Of a stretch of 64,000 nucleotides of DNA, positions 1 to 9,363 are shown in pieces. The notes beneath the pieces are model-generated. The model searched no databases. It was not told the DNA's origin and saw nothing but the letters and a program-made list of their open reading frames with translations. The position numbers and the translations under genes were made by a program. The DNA is from an uncultured virus (IMG/VR IMGVR_UViG_3300047458_000106) (lineage: Duplodnaviria; Heunggongvirae; Uroviricota; Caudoviricetes), in the IMG/VR virus record IMGVR_UViG_3300047458_000106; one strand, given 5' to 3'. The stretch's first letter is position 1. The number at the start of each line of letters is the position of its first letter.

Positions 1-419
1 ATGGACCAGATATTCGTGAAATGTTAGCAGAAGCAGAAAATGAAAGAATGCATCTAATGTTTTTCATTGAGATAGCAAACCCTAATTGGTTTGAAAGATA
101 CTTAGTCTTATTTGCTCAAGCATTATTTTTTATCTTTTATATGTTCTTATACATGATAGATTATAAAACTGCTCACCGAATGATTGGTTACTTTGAAGAA
201 GAAGCAGTAAGAAGTTATACTGATTATCTAGCAATGGTAGAGAATGGAGAAGTAGAAAATGTACCAGCGCCAGAATTAGCAATCAAGTATTACAAGATGA
301 AAAAGTCTGCGAAACTATCTGATTTAATAGTCAAAGTTAGAGCAGATGAAATGCACCACAGTAAAGTAAATCATGGTCTCGCTGACGGCAATACATCATA
401 CAGAAGAAAAAATGGATAG
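1..419 (+). CDS. aox: Alternative oxidase (AOX), 5'-truncated by the window edge
   Basis: Diiron motifs EAENERMHL, GYFEEEAVRSYT and VRADEMHH are typical of AOX; the frame is open to the window edge. Confidence 0.92.
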   Translation, partial: GPDIREMLAEAENERMHLMFFIEIANPNWFERYLVLFAQALFFIFYMFLYMIDYKTAHRMIGYFEEEAVRSYTDYLAMVENGEVENVPAPELAIKYYKMKKSAKLSDLIVKVRADEMHHSKVNHGLADGNTSYRRKNG

Positions 420-1089
420 TAACGAAAGAGAACAATTAACACAATATTTTACACACGTCTGGCCAAAAACTCAGAAGATGTTAGATATTGCTAGACAACA
501 ACAACCAAAAGAAGATTACGAGTGGAGAATAAACTGGACTAGACCAGAAAGATTATCTACACAAATTGATAAAGATGCTAGAGTATTAGATGTCGGTTGT
601 GGTGAACAACCAATGAAGCAGTATCTTAATAATGTCTATGGTATTGACATAACAGATATTGGTGCAGATGAAGTTGTTGCAATCGAAGATTTTAAATCGA
701 ATGAAAGATTCGATGTTGCACTTTGTTTAGGTAGTATTAACTTTGGTAGTGAAGACTTGATATCAAAACAAGTAGAAAACTTAGTACTACACATGAAAGA
801 AAAGTCTAGTATATTTTGGAGACTCAATCCAGGTAATGCAGACCACTTTGGTAAACTAAAAGATGTTTATGTCAGAAGTCCTAAACTATATGAGACTGAT
901 TCACTCAGACAGTTAGGTAAAGATTTAAATGAGTCAAGAAAAAAATTAAGAAAACAAGGTTTATTAGCAATGCCAAATTTCTATCCATGGACAGTGGCAA
1001 AGTCATTTGAGTTTGCTAATAAATATAATTATAACGTCACAGAAGTCATGCCTGATGGTGCAAGACTTTATGTAAAATGGGAGCGATAA
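412..1089 (+). CDS. Class I SAM-dependent methyltransferase
   Basis: VLDVGCG motif I, YGIDI, FDVALCLGSINFG; start refined to ATG 412, overlapping the aox stop. Confidence 0.8.
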   Translation: MDSNEREQLTQYFTHVWPKTQKMLDIARQQQPKEDYEWRINWTRPERLSTQIDKDARVLDVGCGEQPMKQYLNNVYGIDITDIGADEVVAIEDFKSNERFDVALCLGSINFGSEDLISKQVENLVLHMKEKSSIFWRLNPGNADHFGKLKDVYVRSPKLYETDSLRQLGKDLNESRKKLRKQGLLAMPNFYPWTVAKSFEFANKYNYNVTEVMPDGARLYVKWER

Positions 1090-1090
1090 T

Positions 1091-1525
1091 ATGAAAGACA
1101 TATTTTTACCGATAATAATTGGAATTTTGGGTATTTCAGGATTACTATATGGTGTAATAGAAAATGCAGAAGTAAAAGGATATACAGATGTTCACAGTTG
1201 TTGGGGAGAATGTTATGAAGAATATACTGCAAAGTATGGAACATTCTCAGAACAATTAGAAGCAAAGAGAGTTGCAATGCAAATGGAAAGTCCTGCAGAT
1301 AAAGGTGCAAAGATTTATGTTAATTGTAATATGTGTCATGGACAAAATGGAGAAGGTGGTATTGGCCCTAAACTTGTGGGTAGTACTTCTATAGTTTCAA
1401 TGTTGATGCAATATAAAAATGGTGAAACTAGAGGTCCACAATCTGCTCTTATGTGGGGACAGGCCGCAAACTTATCTACAGAAGATATGGAGAATCTACA
1501 AGCATACATTGACACTATGCAATGA
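1091..1525 (+). CDS. Membrane-anchored class I c-type cytochrome (c553/c4-like)
   Basis: N-terminal hydrophobic helix, CNMCH heme motif, GxxGEGGIGPKL, distal Met in ALMWGQAANLS. Confidence 0.88.
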   Translation: MKDIFLPIIIGILGISGLLYGVIENAEVKGYTDVHSCWGECYEEYTAKYGTFSEQLEAKRVAMQMESPADKGAKIYVNCNMCHGQNGEGGIGPKLVGSTSIVSMLMQYKNGETRGPQSALMWGQAANLSTEDMENLQAYIDTMQ

Positions 1526-2295
1526 AACATTTAGCATTACGTTCTAAAAGTATGCGAAATGGTGACAGACCATTTACTACACCAGGACTTGGCGATAGAG
1601 TGCATAGTGTTTTATTAGGTCATCTGTATAGTTTATTACATGATGATAAAGTGACAATACATCTTACTGCTGATAAAAACGATAAACCAAGAAAGCAACA
1701 ATCATGGCCAGAAATCATTAGTTTGTTTCCTGATACTGTCACGTATAAAGACCATGATGTTCAAGACTTGCCAGAAAATGAGTGGTTAGCATACTTAAAA
1801 GAAAATGGTTACGATGCAGAAACTTATTATTATAAAGATACTGTAGATATGCACCCAAATGACCCACCAAAATCAATACCTTTACCATTAGATGTCTCAG
1901 AATTATTAATGAATTATCCTGTACTTGAAGCAAAACCAGAATATGCAGTATTTGTTCCTAGTAAATTCATAACTGCTCAATGGGACACAACTGACCCTGG
2001 CAGAAGCATACCTGAAGCAGAGATAAATATTATTGAAAATAGATATAAAGAACAAGGATATGAAATAGTCAGAGTTGGTGGCGAAGCAAGTATACCAGAT
2101 ATGAACGATAGCATACAAGCAATAGGTTATGCTATGGCAAAAGCAGATGGGCATATTGGTATCGATAGTGGATTTCTACATATGGCAAATCTATATCACA
2201 AACCAGAAGACATACATTTATACACAACTGGTGGATATATTTCTCACCACTTTGTTCGTGCAAAAGCAAGAGGAGTGAAAATATATAATGCCTAA
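1522..2295 (+). CDS. Glycosyltransferase, GT9-like
   Basis: GLGD near the N-terminus and IGIDSGFLHMA motif resembling heptosyltransferases. Confidence 0.6.
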   Translation: MKHLALRSKSMRNGDRPFTTPGLGDRVHSVLLGHLYSLLHDDKVTIHLTADKNDKPRKQQSWPEIISLFPDTVTYKDHDVQDLPENEWLAYLKENGYDAETYYYKDTVDMHPNDPPKSIPLPLDVSELLMNYPVLEAKPEYAVFVPSKFITAQWDTTDPGRSIPEAEINIIENRYKEQGYEIVRVGGEASIPDMNDSIQAIGYAMAKADGHIGIDSGFLHMANLYHKPEDIHLYTTGGYISHHFVRAKARGVKIYNA

Positions 2296-2647
2296 AGTTG
2301 ATGTAAGTGTAGGTGAACTCTTTGATAAACTTTCAATACTTGAAATCAAAGCATCTAAAGGATTAGATGTTGATACTGAAAAACAAAAACTTTTAGATGT
2401 CTATCAAGAATATAATAACACTCTTACTAGATATCTGTATATACATTTAAAAGAAGTAAACAGTTCACTTTGGTTGATTGAAGATAAAAAAAGAAGTTTA
2501 GAAAAAGAACAAAATTTTCATGATGACTTCATTCATTATGCAAGATTAGTTTATATACTTAATGACCACAGGGCGAGACTTAAAAAAGAAATAGATAAAG
2601 TATGCAATAGTGAAATAAGGGAGAAAAAGTCTCATGATGGCATCTAG
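2288..2647 (+). CDS. DUF6165-like protein
   Basis: VSVGELFDKLSILEIK, NxxLWxIED, NDxRARLKKEI and EKKSH pattern. Confidence 0.7.
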   Translation: MPKVDVSVGELFDKLSILEIKASKGLDVDTEKQKLLDVYQEYNNTLTRYLYIHLKEVNSSLWLIEDKKRSLEKEQNFHDDFIHYARLVYILNDHRARLKKEIDKVCNSEIREKKSHDGI

Positions 2648-3233
2648 AGTAAATAAAGACTCTATACACATATTAAAAGATATTTTACCTAATACAAAAG
2701 GTGCTGAAATAGGTGTGTGGGCAGGAAATACATCTATGCAATTTTTACGACTAGGTATTTCTGAATTACATATGATTGACCCATGGTCAGTAGAACCTTA
2801 TAAAAAATCTAAAGAGTATAAAAACTATGACGAGTATTTGGCAAAATATTCTAAGATACTTAACATAGAAAAACAAGATGTAGATTTTCAAGAATACTAC
2901 GATGCAATCTACTCAGAAGTATATTCGAAGTGTGGAATGGACCCAAGAGTGACAATACATCGTATGACCTCAGATGAATGGTTTGCAACTAAACCTGAAA
3001 AATTAGATTGGATATATGTCGATGGAGACCACAGTTATGAAGGGTGCCTTAGAGACTTAGAGAACTCTTTAAAAGTTGTCAAACCAGGTGGTATGATTAT
3101 GGGTGATGATTATTACTGGAAACATGCAAGATATGGTAAAGAAGGTGTCACTAATGCAGTTGATAGATTTTGTAAAAGATATATGTTATTTAAAGAACCA
3201 CGAGGTGAAACTCAGTTTATTCTAAGAGTGTAA
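2634..3233 (+). CDS. SAM methyltransferase (Methyltransf_24-like)
   Basis: AEIGVWAG, IDPW, DWIYVDGDHSYE, KPGGMIMGDDY. Confidence 0.85.
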   Translation: MMASRVNKDSIHILKDILPNTKGAEIGVWAGNTSMQFLRLGISELHMIDPWSVEPYKKSKEYKNYDEYLAKYSKILNIEKQDVDFQEYYDAIYSEVYSKCGMDPRVTIHRMTSDEWFATKPEKLDWIYVDGDHSYEGCLRDLENSLKVVKPGGMIMGDDYYWKHARYGKEGVTNAVDRFCKRYMLFKEPRGETQFILRV

Positions 3234-3931
3234 TGTTTGAGACTACATACCATTTTGATAAATGGAAAGAAGACAAAGAAGGCGAGTATTTTAAAATACT
3301 TGGCAAGTTTGACATTGATTTCACAGATGAAATTGAACTAGCAAGAACTACAGAAATGAAATCAAAACGATTTAACGAACAACCATATAACTATGCAAAC
3401 AACAAAGCATCTGTAGTAAATAACGTATATCATGCGATTGAAGATGCTGATAATTATGCTGGTCAACCGAATGCAGAAATGTTTGATGCATACAGATATA
3501 ATGATGATGATAGATTTATTAAGTTTAGAAAAGTCGCAGAATGGTTTGAATTAGATAAAACTAAAAATCAAACATGGAAGTTTCATGACCAAAAACCAAA
3601 TCAACAGTTAATGTTTCATATCGATAATTTACCAGGTGAACCAAGAAAAGAAAGAATTGAAAGTAAAGAATTTAAATATGCTAGAGACAAAACAAGATTT
3701 CTAGTTTTTCTTGAAGATTGGGAACCAGGGCAGATATTTCAATTTGGTAATCATATACATACACAATGGAAAGCAGGAGAAGTTGTCACTTGGGAGTGGT
3801 CAACTTTACCACATGCAACATGGAATGGTTCATGGAAAAAAAGACCTGCACTACAAATTACAGGTACTGCAACTGCAAAGACTTGGCAAAAAATAAAAGA
3901 AGGAGACAAAAAATGCACCCTGGTTCACTAA
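3233..3931 (+). CDS. 2OG-Fe(II)-like dioxygenase
   Basis: HID...LPHATWN...RPALQITG facial-triad pattern. Confidence 0.65.
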   Translation: MFETTYHFDKWKEDKEGEYFKILGKFDIDFTDEIELARTTEMKSKRFNEQPYNYANNKASVVNNVYHAIEDADNYAGQPNAEMFDAYRYNDDDRFIKFRKVAEWFELDKTKNQTWKFHDQKPNQQLMFHIDNLPGEPRKERIESKEFKYARDKTRFLVFLEDWEPGQIFQFGNHIHTQWKAGEVVTWEWSTLPHATWNGSWKKRPALQITGTATAKTWQKIKEGDKKCTLVH

Positions 3932-4464
3932 AAAATATGGAATGGATGGTTGAAAAACTAGCACCATACTTAGAAAAAGAAAATGACATTCTAGATGTAG
4001 GTGGTGGTGGTAAACTAGAAAGAAGTTACAAAGAAATATGGACAAAATATACTAAAGACTATTATGTTGCAGATATAGTAGATGCACCAAGTGTAACTCA
4101 TTTTATGGAACACAGATATTACATACCAGCAGAGAGTGAAACATTTGATGTCGTTGTTTCAGGACAATGTTTAGAGCATGTTGCAAATCCATTTAAGATG
4201 TTTGATGAAATGTGTCGTGTTTTAAAAACAAATGGCATCATTATTATCATAGTACCAAGTGCAGGACCTAGACACGATGTAAAAGACCATTGGAGATTTA
4301 TGGACGATGCATTTGAAGGTATTGTCGAAGATTCTAAATACGAAATAAAAGTTATTGAAGATTATATTGATACTTTTCATTCAGGTGACCAAAGGTCAGG
4401 TAAATGGAGAGACCACATATTTGTTGGACAGAAATTAGAAGACTACATAGAAGTGAAAGTATGA
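3913..4464 (+). CDS. SAM methyltransferase (type 11-like)
   Basis: ILDVGGG, FDVVVSGQCLEHV, RVLKxxG; SD AGGAG before ATG 3913. Confidence 0.85.
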   Translation: MHPGSLKNMEWMVEKLAPYLEKENDILDVGGGGKLERSYKEIWTKYTKDYYVADIVDAPSVTHFMEHRYYIPAESETFDVVVSGQCLEHVANPFKMFDEMCRVLKTNGIIIIIVPSAGPRHDVKDHWRFMDDAFEGIVEDSKYEIKVIEDYIDTFHSGDQRSGKWRDHIFVGQKLEDYIEVKV

Positions 4465-5189
4465 TAAAAGGTTATATTATAACAATGGTGAACAATCACG
4501 AATCTACGTTAGCAAGTAGACAGGTAATAGGTTCTATCAAGCAAACAAAGTCTGAAATAGACCCATTAATCTTTCCTGCGACTACACCAGATACTGTCCA
4601 ACAAGATTTAAAAAAGATAACGAGTATAGATGCACAGTGGTTAAAATATAGTTATCCACAAGTCGGTGAGAAGTATGACATAGCAACTGGACTAAGACTT
4701 CGTGCATATGAGACTGGTAATATACAAAATAGAATTGCCTGCATGGTATCACATATGAGACTTTGGCAAGAATGTATTGACTTAGGAGATAAGATTATTA
4801 TACTAGAACACGATGCACTTTTTACTCGACAGTTTATTGAAAACGATATTGATAAAAGTCACAAATGGAAAGGTGAAGTTGTTGGTCTAAATGACCCTAG
4901 GGGCATGACTCGTAAATCACAGGTGTATCACGACTTAGTATCAAAACAAGAAGGCGTACAAGACGTGCCTTATGTTGATGAATCAAAAGACTATCCCCAG
5001 GGTCTTGCAGGTAATTCTGCATACATTATGACACCAAAAACTGCAGAACAGTTATTGATTAAAACAAAAGAGATTGGTATGTGGCCAAATGATGCGATAA
5101 TGTGCAAACAATTGTTTCCATCTTTACAAGTTGTTTATCCTTATTACACTACCATACAACAAGGACTAAAGAGTACAACAACTCAATGA
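4461..5189 (+). CDS. Glycosyltransferase family 25-like
   Basis: ACMVSHMRLWQEC, IILEHDA, AYIMTP, WPND. Confidence 0.8.
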   Translation: MIKGYIITMVNNHESTLASRQVIGSIKQTKSEIDPLIFPATTPDTVQQDLKKITSIDAQWLKYSYPQVGEKYDIATGLRLRAYETGNIQNRIACMVSHMRLWQECIDLGDKIIILEHDALFTRQFIENDIDKSHKWKGEVVGLNDPRGMTRKSQVYHDLVSKQEGVQDVPYVDESKDYPQGLAGNSAYIMTPKTAEQLLIKTKEIGMWPNDAIMCKQLFPSLQVVYPYYTTIQQGLKSTTTQ

Positions 5190-5845
5190 AATATAATATG
5201 AAAGCATTTGTTATCACTATAATGAATCACCAAGGCAGTCTAGAGACTTCTTGGAGATGCATCGAATCTGGTTATAAGTATGACTTAGACATAAAAAGAT
5301 TCGAAGCAATCACACCGAGAGACGAACCACTAACGTTTTTAGAACAAGAAGGTATACCAAGAGAAGGTTTTGAAGAACAATACTCTCGTAATTTAAATTG
5401 TATATCTGCATTTTGTTCGCATTACTCTTTGTGGCAGAAGTGTGTAGAGTTAGATGAAGAGATACTTATCTTTGAACACGATGCAGTATTAACTGCACCT
5501 ATACCAAACGTACCATATACTTTTATCTGTAGTTTTGGTAAACCTAGTTATGGTAACTTTAATATACCACAAACATTAGGTCTAAATCCGTTAACTAGTA
5601 AAAGATATTTTCCTGGCGCACATGCATATGGTATCAAACCCGCAGGTGCAAAATTACTGATTGACCAAGCAAAGATAGATGCTGGACCAACTGACACGTT
5701 CTTACATCTAGATAGATTTAACTTTCTTCAAGAATACTATCCATGGCCTGCAGAAGCAAGAGATAACTTTACAACTATTCAGAACGTTAATGGTTGTCTT
5801 GCTAAACACAATTACAACGAAAACTACGAAGTGTCCGATGTCTAA
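5186..5845 (+). CDS. Glycosyltransferase family 25-like (second copy)
   Basis: SAFCSHYSLWQKC, LIFEHDA, GAHAYGIKP. Confidence 0.8.
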   Translation: MKYNMKAFVITIMNHQGSLETSWRCIESGYKYDLDIKRFEAITPRDEPLTFLEQEGIPREGFEEQYSRNLNCISAFCSHYSLWQKCVELDEEILIFEHDAVLTAPIPNVPYTFICSFGKPSYGNFNIPQTLGLNPLTSKRYFPGAHAYGIKPAGAKLLIDQAKIDAGPTDTFLHLDRFNFLQEYYPWPAEARDNFTTIQNVNGCLAKHNYNENYEVSDV

Positions 5846-6485
5846 TGTTTTTGTAACAGGGTGTGACCACAATACAGAATGGCAATTACCCTGGTTTATT
5901 AAAAACTTTAAAAAATTTAATACTACAGAATTAGTTATTGCTGACTTTGGCATGATGAATTACCCTGATGGTGATTTTACTTACATCGACATGTCACAAA
6001 ACAAAGCAGAAGGTTGGTTTAAAAAACCTTCTAGTCTTATCAAAGTCGCTGAACTAGGTTATAGCAAAGTTTGTTGGTTAGATACAGACTGTCAAGTGTT
6101 AGAAGATATCTCGGATATATTTAATTATGCTGAATCAGATAAACTTGGTATGATAGAAGACAGACCATGGAGTAAAAGAAGACCAGAAATGGGTGCATGG
6201 TATAATAGTGGTGTTATTTTGATTCAGGGCATACCATTAGTACTTCGAGACTGGGAAAAACAATGTATCGAAAACCCACAACAAGGTGACCAAGAAGTTT
6301 TATATTTAATGATGGAAGGTAATGCAATCAAAAAACTTGGTGCAATTAATCCTTTACCACATGAATACAATACGTTACGCCTAGACTACATAGATAACAT
6401 AGACGTAAAAAACCCAAAAATAATACATCATACAGGAAAGAAAGGAGACGATGTTATCAAGGAGCAAATAAATGCACGAGTATAA
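5838..6485 (+). CDS. GT-A glycosyltransferase (GT8-like)
   Basis: WFKKP, WLDTD (DxD), NSGV, GDQEVL, IIHHTG. Confidence 0.75.
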   Translation: MSNVFVTGCDHNTEWQLPWFIKNFKKFNTTELVIADFGMMNYPDGDFTYIDMSQNKAEGWFKKPSSLIKVAELGYSKVCWLDTDCQVLEDISDIFNYAESDKLGMIEDRPWSKRRPEMGAWYNSGVILIQGIPLVLRDWEKQCIENPQQGDQEVLYLMMEGNAIKKLGAINPLPHEYNTLRLDYIDNIDVKNPKIIHHTGKKGDDVIKEQINARV

Positions 6486-6894
6486 AGTAAATGTTTTAAG
6501 AGTCGTTGATGGAGATACTGTTGATGTTGATATAGACTTAGGTTTTTCTACTTGGTTAAAAAAGCAGAGAATAAGACTATATGGTATTGATACACCAGAA
6601 ACCAGAACGAGAGACTTAGACGAAAAGAAGTATGGTAAAATGGCAACTAATTTTTTATCAGATACAATCAAAGATGCAGAAGTTGTCGCATTACGTACAT
6701 ACAAAGATAAGAAAGGTAAGTATGGTAGAATACTTGGCGAAATCATTTGTGATGGAGTAAATATGAATCAAGTCATGGTTGAAACTCACCTTGCAGTTGC
6801 ATATTTTGGCCAATCAAAAGAAGATGTTGCAGAACAACACTTGCAAAACAGAGAACTTATTGACCATAAGACTTTATTCGGATATAATGAATGA
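6472..6894 (+). CDS. Thermonuclease (SNase-like)
   Basis: RVVDGDT, RIRLYGIDTPE, GKYGRILG. Confidence 0.9.
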   Translation: MHEYKVNVLRVVDGDTVDVDIDLGFSTWLKKQRIRLYGIDTPETRTRDLDEKKYGKMATNFLSDTIKDAEVVALRTYKDKKGKYGRILGEIICDGVNMNQVMVETHLAVAYFGQSKEDVAEQHLQNRELIDHKTLFGYNE

Positions 6895-7523
6895 CAAAAA
6901 GAATTAACATTCTGGGTAATGGCAATCATGCTGGTCTTTTTCAGAGAGGTTCGCCTGGGACTTTACTTATTTGTAACATGCCTCCCATGGAAATACCACC
7001 AGAAGAAGTATATGCAACATGCATGGTAGATTACAAAATGATGAAAGCACTTCAAGAAGGTAAGTTTGCTCTTGACCAATATGACTGGATTCTTGGCACT
7101 AGACCAAGACATTGGATGGAGATGCAAGGTAGTTTCTATTTAAAGTATTCTCATAAAGTAAGAGGTTTCTATCCACACGTTCCTAAGTATGCTGGTAATG
7201 CCACAAACTTTAACTGTGGACATTTTGCAGTTCATTATGCATGTAATAAAATGAATGCAGATGAAGTTCATATTTATGGGTTTGATTCTATCTTTGAAAT
7301 GGACATTACATCTTGGACAGACACAATTCTAGAGTCTGATAGAAGCACAGAAAATACTGTCAGACTCGCCAACAATTGGCGTCCAATATGGACCGAAATG
7401 TTCAAAGAATTTCCAGATACTACTTTCTTCTTGTATCATACTCACAATAATATAAAGATTCCGATACAATCAGATAATGTAGAAATTGTTGTCACAACAA
7501 GTAAAGAATCAAAGCAAGTTTAA
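6891..7523 (+). CDS. Hypothetical Rossmann-like protein (Maf/GT29-like motifs)
   Basis: ILGNG, ICN, NCGHFA and HIYGFD resemble DUF115/sialyltransferase-like proteins. Confidence 0.45.
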   Translation: MTKRINILGNGNHAGLFQRGSPGTLLICNMPPMEIPPEEVYATCMVDYKMMKALQEGKFALDQYDWILGTRPRHWMEMQGSFYLKYSHKVRGFYPHVPKYAGNATNFNCGHFAVHYACNKMNADEVHIYGFDSIFEMDITSWTDTILESDRSTENTVRLANNWRPIWTEMFKEFPDTTFFLYHTHNNIKIPIQSDNVEIVVTTSKESKQV

Positions 7524-7542
7524 TTCTTTCTTGTCCATAGTC

Positions 7543-7710
7543 CTAGTACATCGAAAGATGCATGATAACAAACGGTATAGAAATAGGTGCGGTTAAGAAT
7601 GCTACGAATTTACAGACTTCACAGACATGGCACACGGTGTCATTATCTTTTAGGTTTTCAATTTTTTGCACTACAATCTTCGCACCAACTCTTAGTTGTG
7701 CAGTAGTCAT
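7543..7710 (-). CDS. Small 55-aa membrane protein with CxxCxxC (not in the ORF track)
   Basis: MTTAQLRVGAKIVVQKIENLKDNDTVCHVCEVCKFVAFLTAPISIPFVIMHLSMY; SD GAGG and late promoter TATAAATA (7753-7760, minus) upstream. Confidence 0.7.
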   Translation of the reverse strand: MTTAQLRVGAKIVVQKIENLKDNDTVCHVCEVCKFVAFLTAPISIPFVIMHLSMY

Positions 7711-7752
7711 AGTGACTTTCCTCTTATTACTTTACGTTATAAAAAACACGAA

Positions 7753-7769
7753 TATTTATAATATAAATA
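7753..7769. promoter_or_regulatory. Back-to-back T4-type late promoter motifs (TATAAATA on both strands)
   Basis: tatttata-a-tataaata. Confidence 0.5.
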
Positions 7770-7803
7770 TCGTTGACATTAGTATATATAAGAATCTTAT
7801 TTT

Positions 7804-8898
7804 CTACCAGATTTTGATTATATCTGACCAATCATTTTTGTTTACCATATCAGATAAGTTTTTGTGTTGAAGTTTAAATGTCTCTTCTATACCAACTTTA
7901 TCAAATAAATCATGAACACTTACCTTCTCGCCATTTGAATCAACTGTGTCCCAAACAATTGGATTTATTACTCCTCTTCTGATTCTATGAGGAGTGTGAT
8001 TTCCTTCAGGGTCTGCATCTGTATCAAATACTCTTCTTCCTTTATTTAAAGTACTTAAAGATACTGCGCCGTCACCTTTTCTACTTACTAAACTAGACTG
8101 AATTACTTTTTCAAAGTTTGTTATTCCTTCTGGATTTTCTGGTATATCGCTAGTAATACCTCGATAAGTCATTAAACCTTGCTCTAAAGACCTATTCATC
8201 GGTCCACGAGGAGTATAAACATCTTGAAGAACAAAGTCAGGTTTACAATAATGTGCAAAGTCTCGTTTAATATCAGATGCTTTATATGTCATACCTTCTT
8301 CGGGTCTATCGTGATTAAGTAATACAACTGCATCAAATTTAATATCTGAAGGAACATTAATACTATAACCACTAAAAACATTTTCGCCAAGAGTATATGG
8401 TTTTGATGAACTAAGCATTTTTACTTTATATCGTGAGTACAAATAGTGAAATAGACTATCACCAGGAGGCATTGCCACATGTAAATTTAAAGGACAATTT
8501 AACAGTTTTTGCCAAACAAGACTAAAGTGCTGAACTAAAGTGTGTGTTGGACAGAAACTATCTGTTCTTGTATCTAAAAATGGTATTGTTGTAAAGTCTC
8601 TATCGTATAAATGATTGTGTTTTCTATCATTCCAGTTTGGTATGACTAAGATATTATTTCCACCAATAGTGTTTGCTAAAGATAATAACATGTAATGTGG
8701 AATTTGACCACCTCTAAACATAACTCTAGCAACTATCTGATTTGGTATAACTTGTGGGTCTAACCAAGATGCATTATGTTTACAGTAATATTCTAAATGT
8801 GTATTTAATATATCTGTTTCAAAACTTATGGCATCTAATGAAAGATATTGGAAACTGAACTCGTCTCCATCAAAGTTATTCATTACCGATATTTTCAT
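7804..8898 (-). CDS. Hypothetical protein
   Basis: Long ORF; probable start ATG 8898 just after the upstream stop. Confidence 0.7.
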   Translation of the reverse strand: MKISVMNNFDGDEFSFQYLSLDAISFETDILNTHLEYYCKHNASWLDPQVIPNQIVARVMFRGGQIPHYMLLSLANTIGGNNILVIPNWNDRKHNHLYDRDFTTIPFLDTRTDSFCPTHTLVQHFSLVWQKLLNCPLNLHVAMPPGDSLFHYLYSRYKVKMLSSSKPYTLGENVFSGYSINVPSDIKFDAVVLLNHDRPEEGMTYKASDIKRDFAHYCKPDFVLQDVYTPRGPMNRSLEQGLMTYRGITSDIPENPEGITNFEKVIQSSLVSRKGDGAVSLSTLNKGRRVFDTDADPEGNHTPHRIRRGVINPIVWDTVDSNGEKVSVHDLFDKVGIEETFKLQHKNLSDMVNKNDWSDIIKIW

Positions 8899-8899
8899 A

Positions 8900-9163
8900 T
8901 TAACCTTTGTATATTTTTTGAATATGGTCCTCAAATGCCTCAATCTTTTCTAAACGATTTGGCCATTTAATTAATTCTTTTTCAGGGTTTGCTTTTAAAT
9001 TATTAAGTAATGGTTGTATTGCACCAAATAGTTTATCAAGTTTTTCTTGAGTTGCTTCTACACTCGATGAGGTTTCAGATACTTTTTTTTCAATCTCTTG
9101 TACTGTATCGAGTTCGTCTTCATCTACTAACGTAAATCCAAAATCAAATATTTCGTCTGCCAT
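8900..9163 (-). CDS. Hypothetical protein of T4-like phages
   Basis: DFGFTLVDEDEL...PLLNNLKANPEKELIKWPNR; AGG SD. Confidence 0.75.
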   Translation of the reverse strand: MADEIFDFGFTLVDEDELDTVQEIEKKVSETSSSVEATQEKLDKLFGAIQPLLNNLKANPEKELIKWPNRLEKIEAFEDHIQKIYKG

Positions 9164-9167
9164 AATA

Positions 9168-9296
9168 TTACCTTGTCCATTTATTTATATATCGGATTAT
9201 TGTATATACAATCAATCCACCTACCACATAAATTATACCTTCAACCCAACCAGTGTTAGTTAATAGTTGTTCTAATGCACTAAAATCTATGTCCAT
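9168..9296 (-). CDS. Small 42-aa single-TM protein (not in the ORF track)
   Basis: MDIDFSALEQLLTNTGWVEGIIYVVGGLIVYTIIRYINKWTR; SD GGAG; late promoter at 9318-9325. Confidence 0.7.
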   Translation of the reverse strand: MDIDFSALEQLLTNTGWVEGIIYVVGGLIVYTIIRYINKWTR

Positions 9297-9317
9297 GTTT
9301 CTCTCCTTTGATGTATC

Positions 9318-9325
9318 TATTTATA
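9318..9325 (-). promoter_or_regulatory. T4-type late promoter
   Basis: TATAAATA on the minus strand heading the 9296-7804 gene run. Confidence 0.7.
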
Positions 9326-9326
9326 C

Positions 9327-9355
9327 TTGACATTATCTGTATGACCATGTATAAT
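9327..9355 (+). promoter_or_regulatory. Sigma70-type early promoter
   Basis: TTGACA-N17-TATAAT. Confidence 0.85.
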
Positions 9356-9363
9356 TATGAACA

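Noticed and set aside
7562..7870. 102-aa plus-strand ORF
   Set aside because: Overlaps the better-supported minus-strand 55-aa gene and its promoter; no SD
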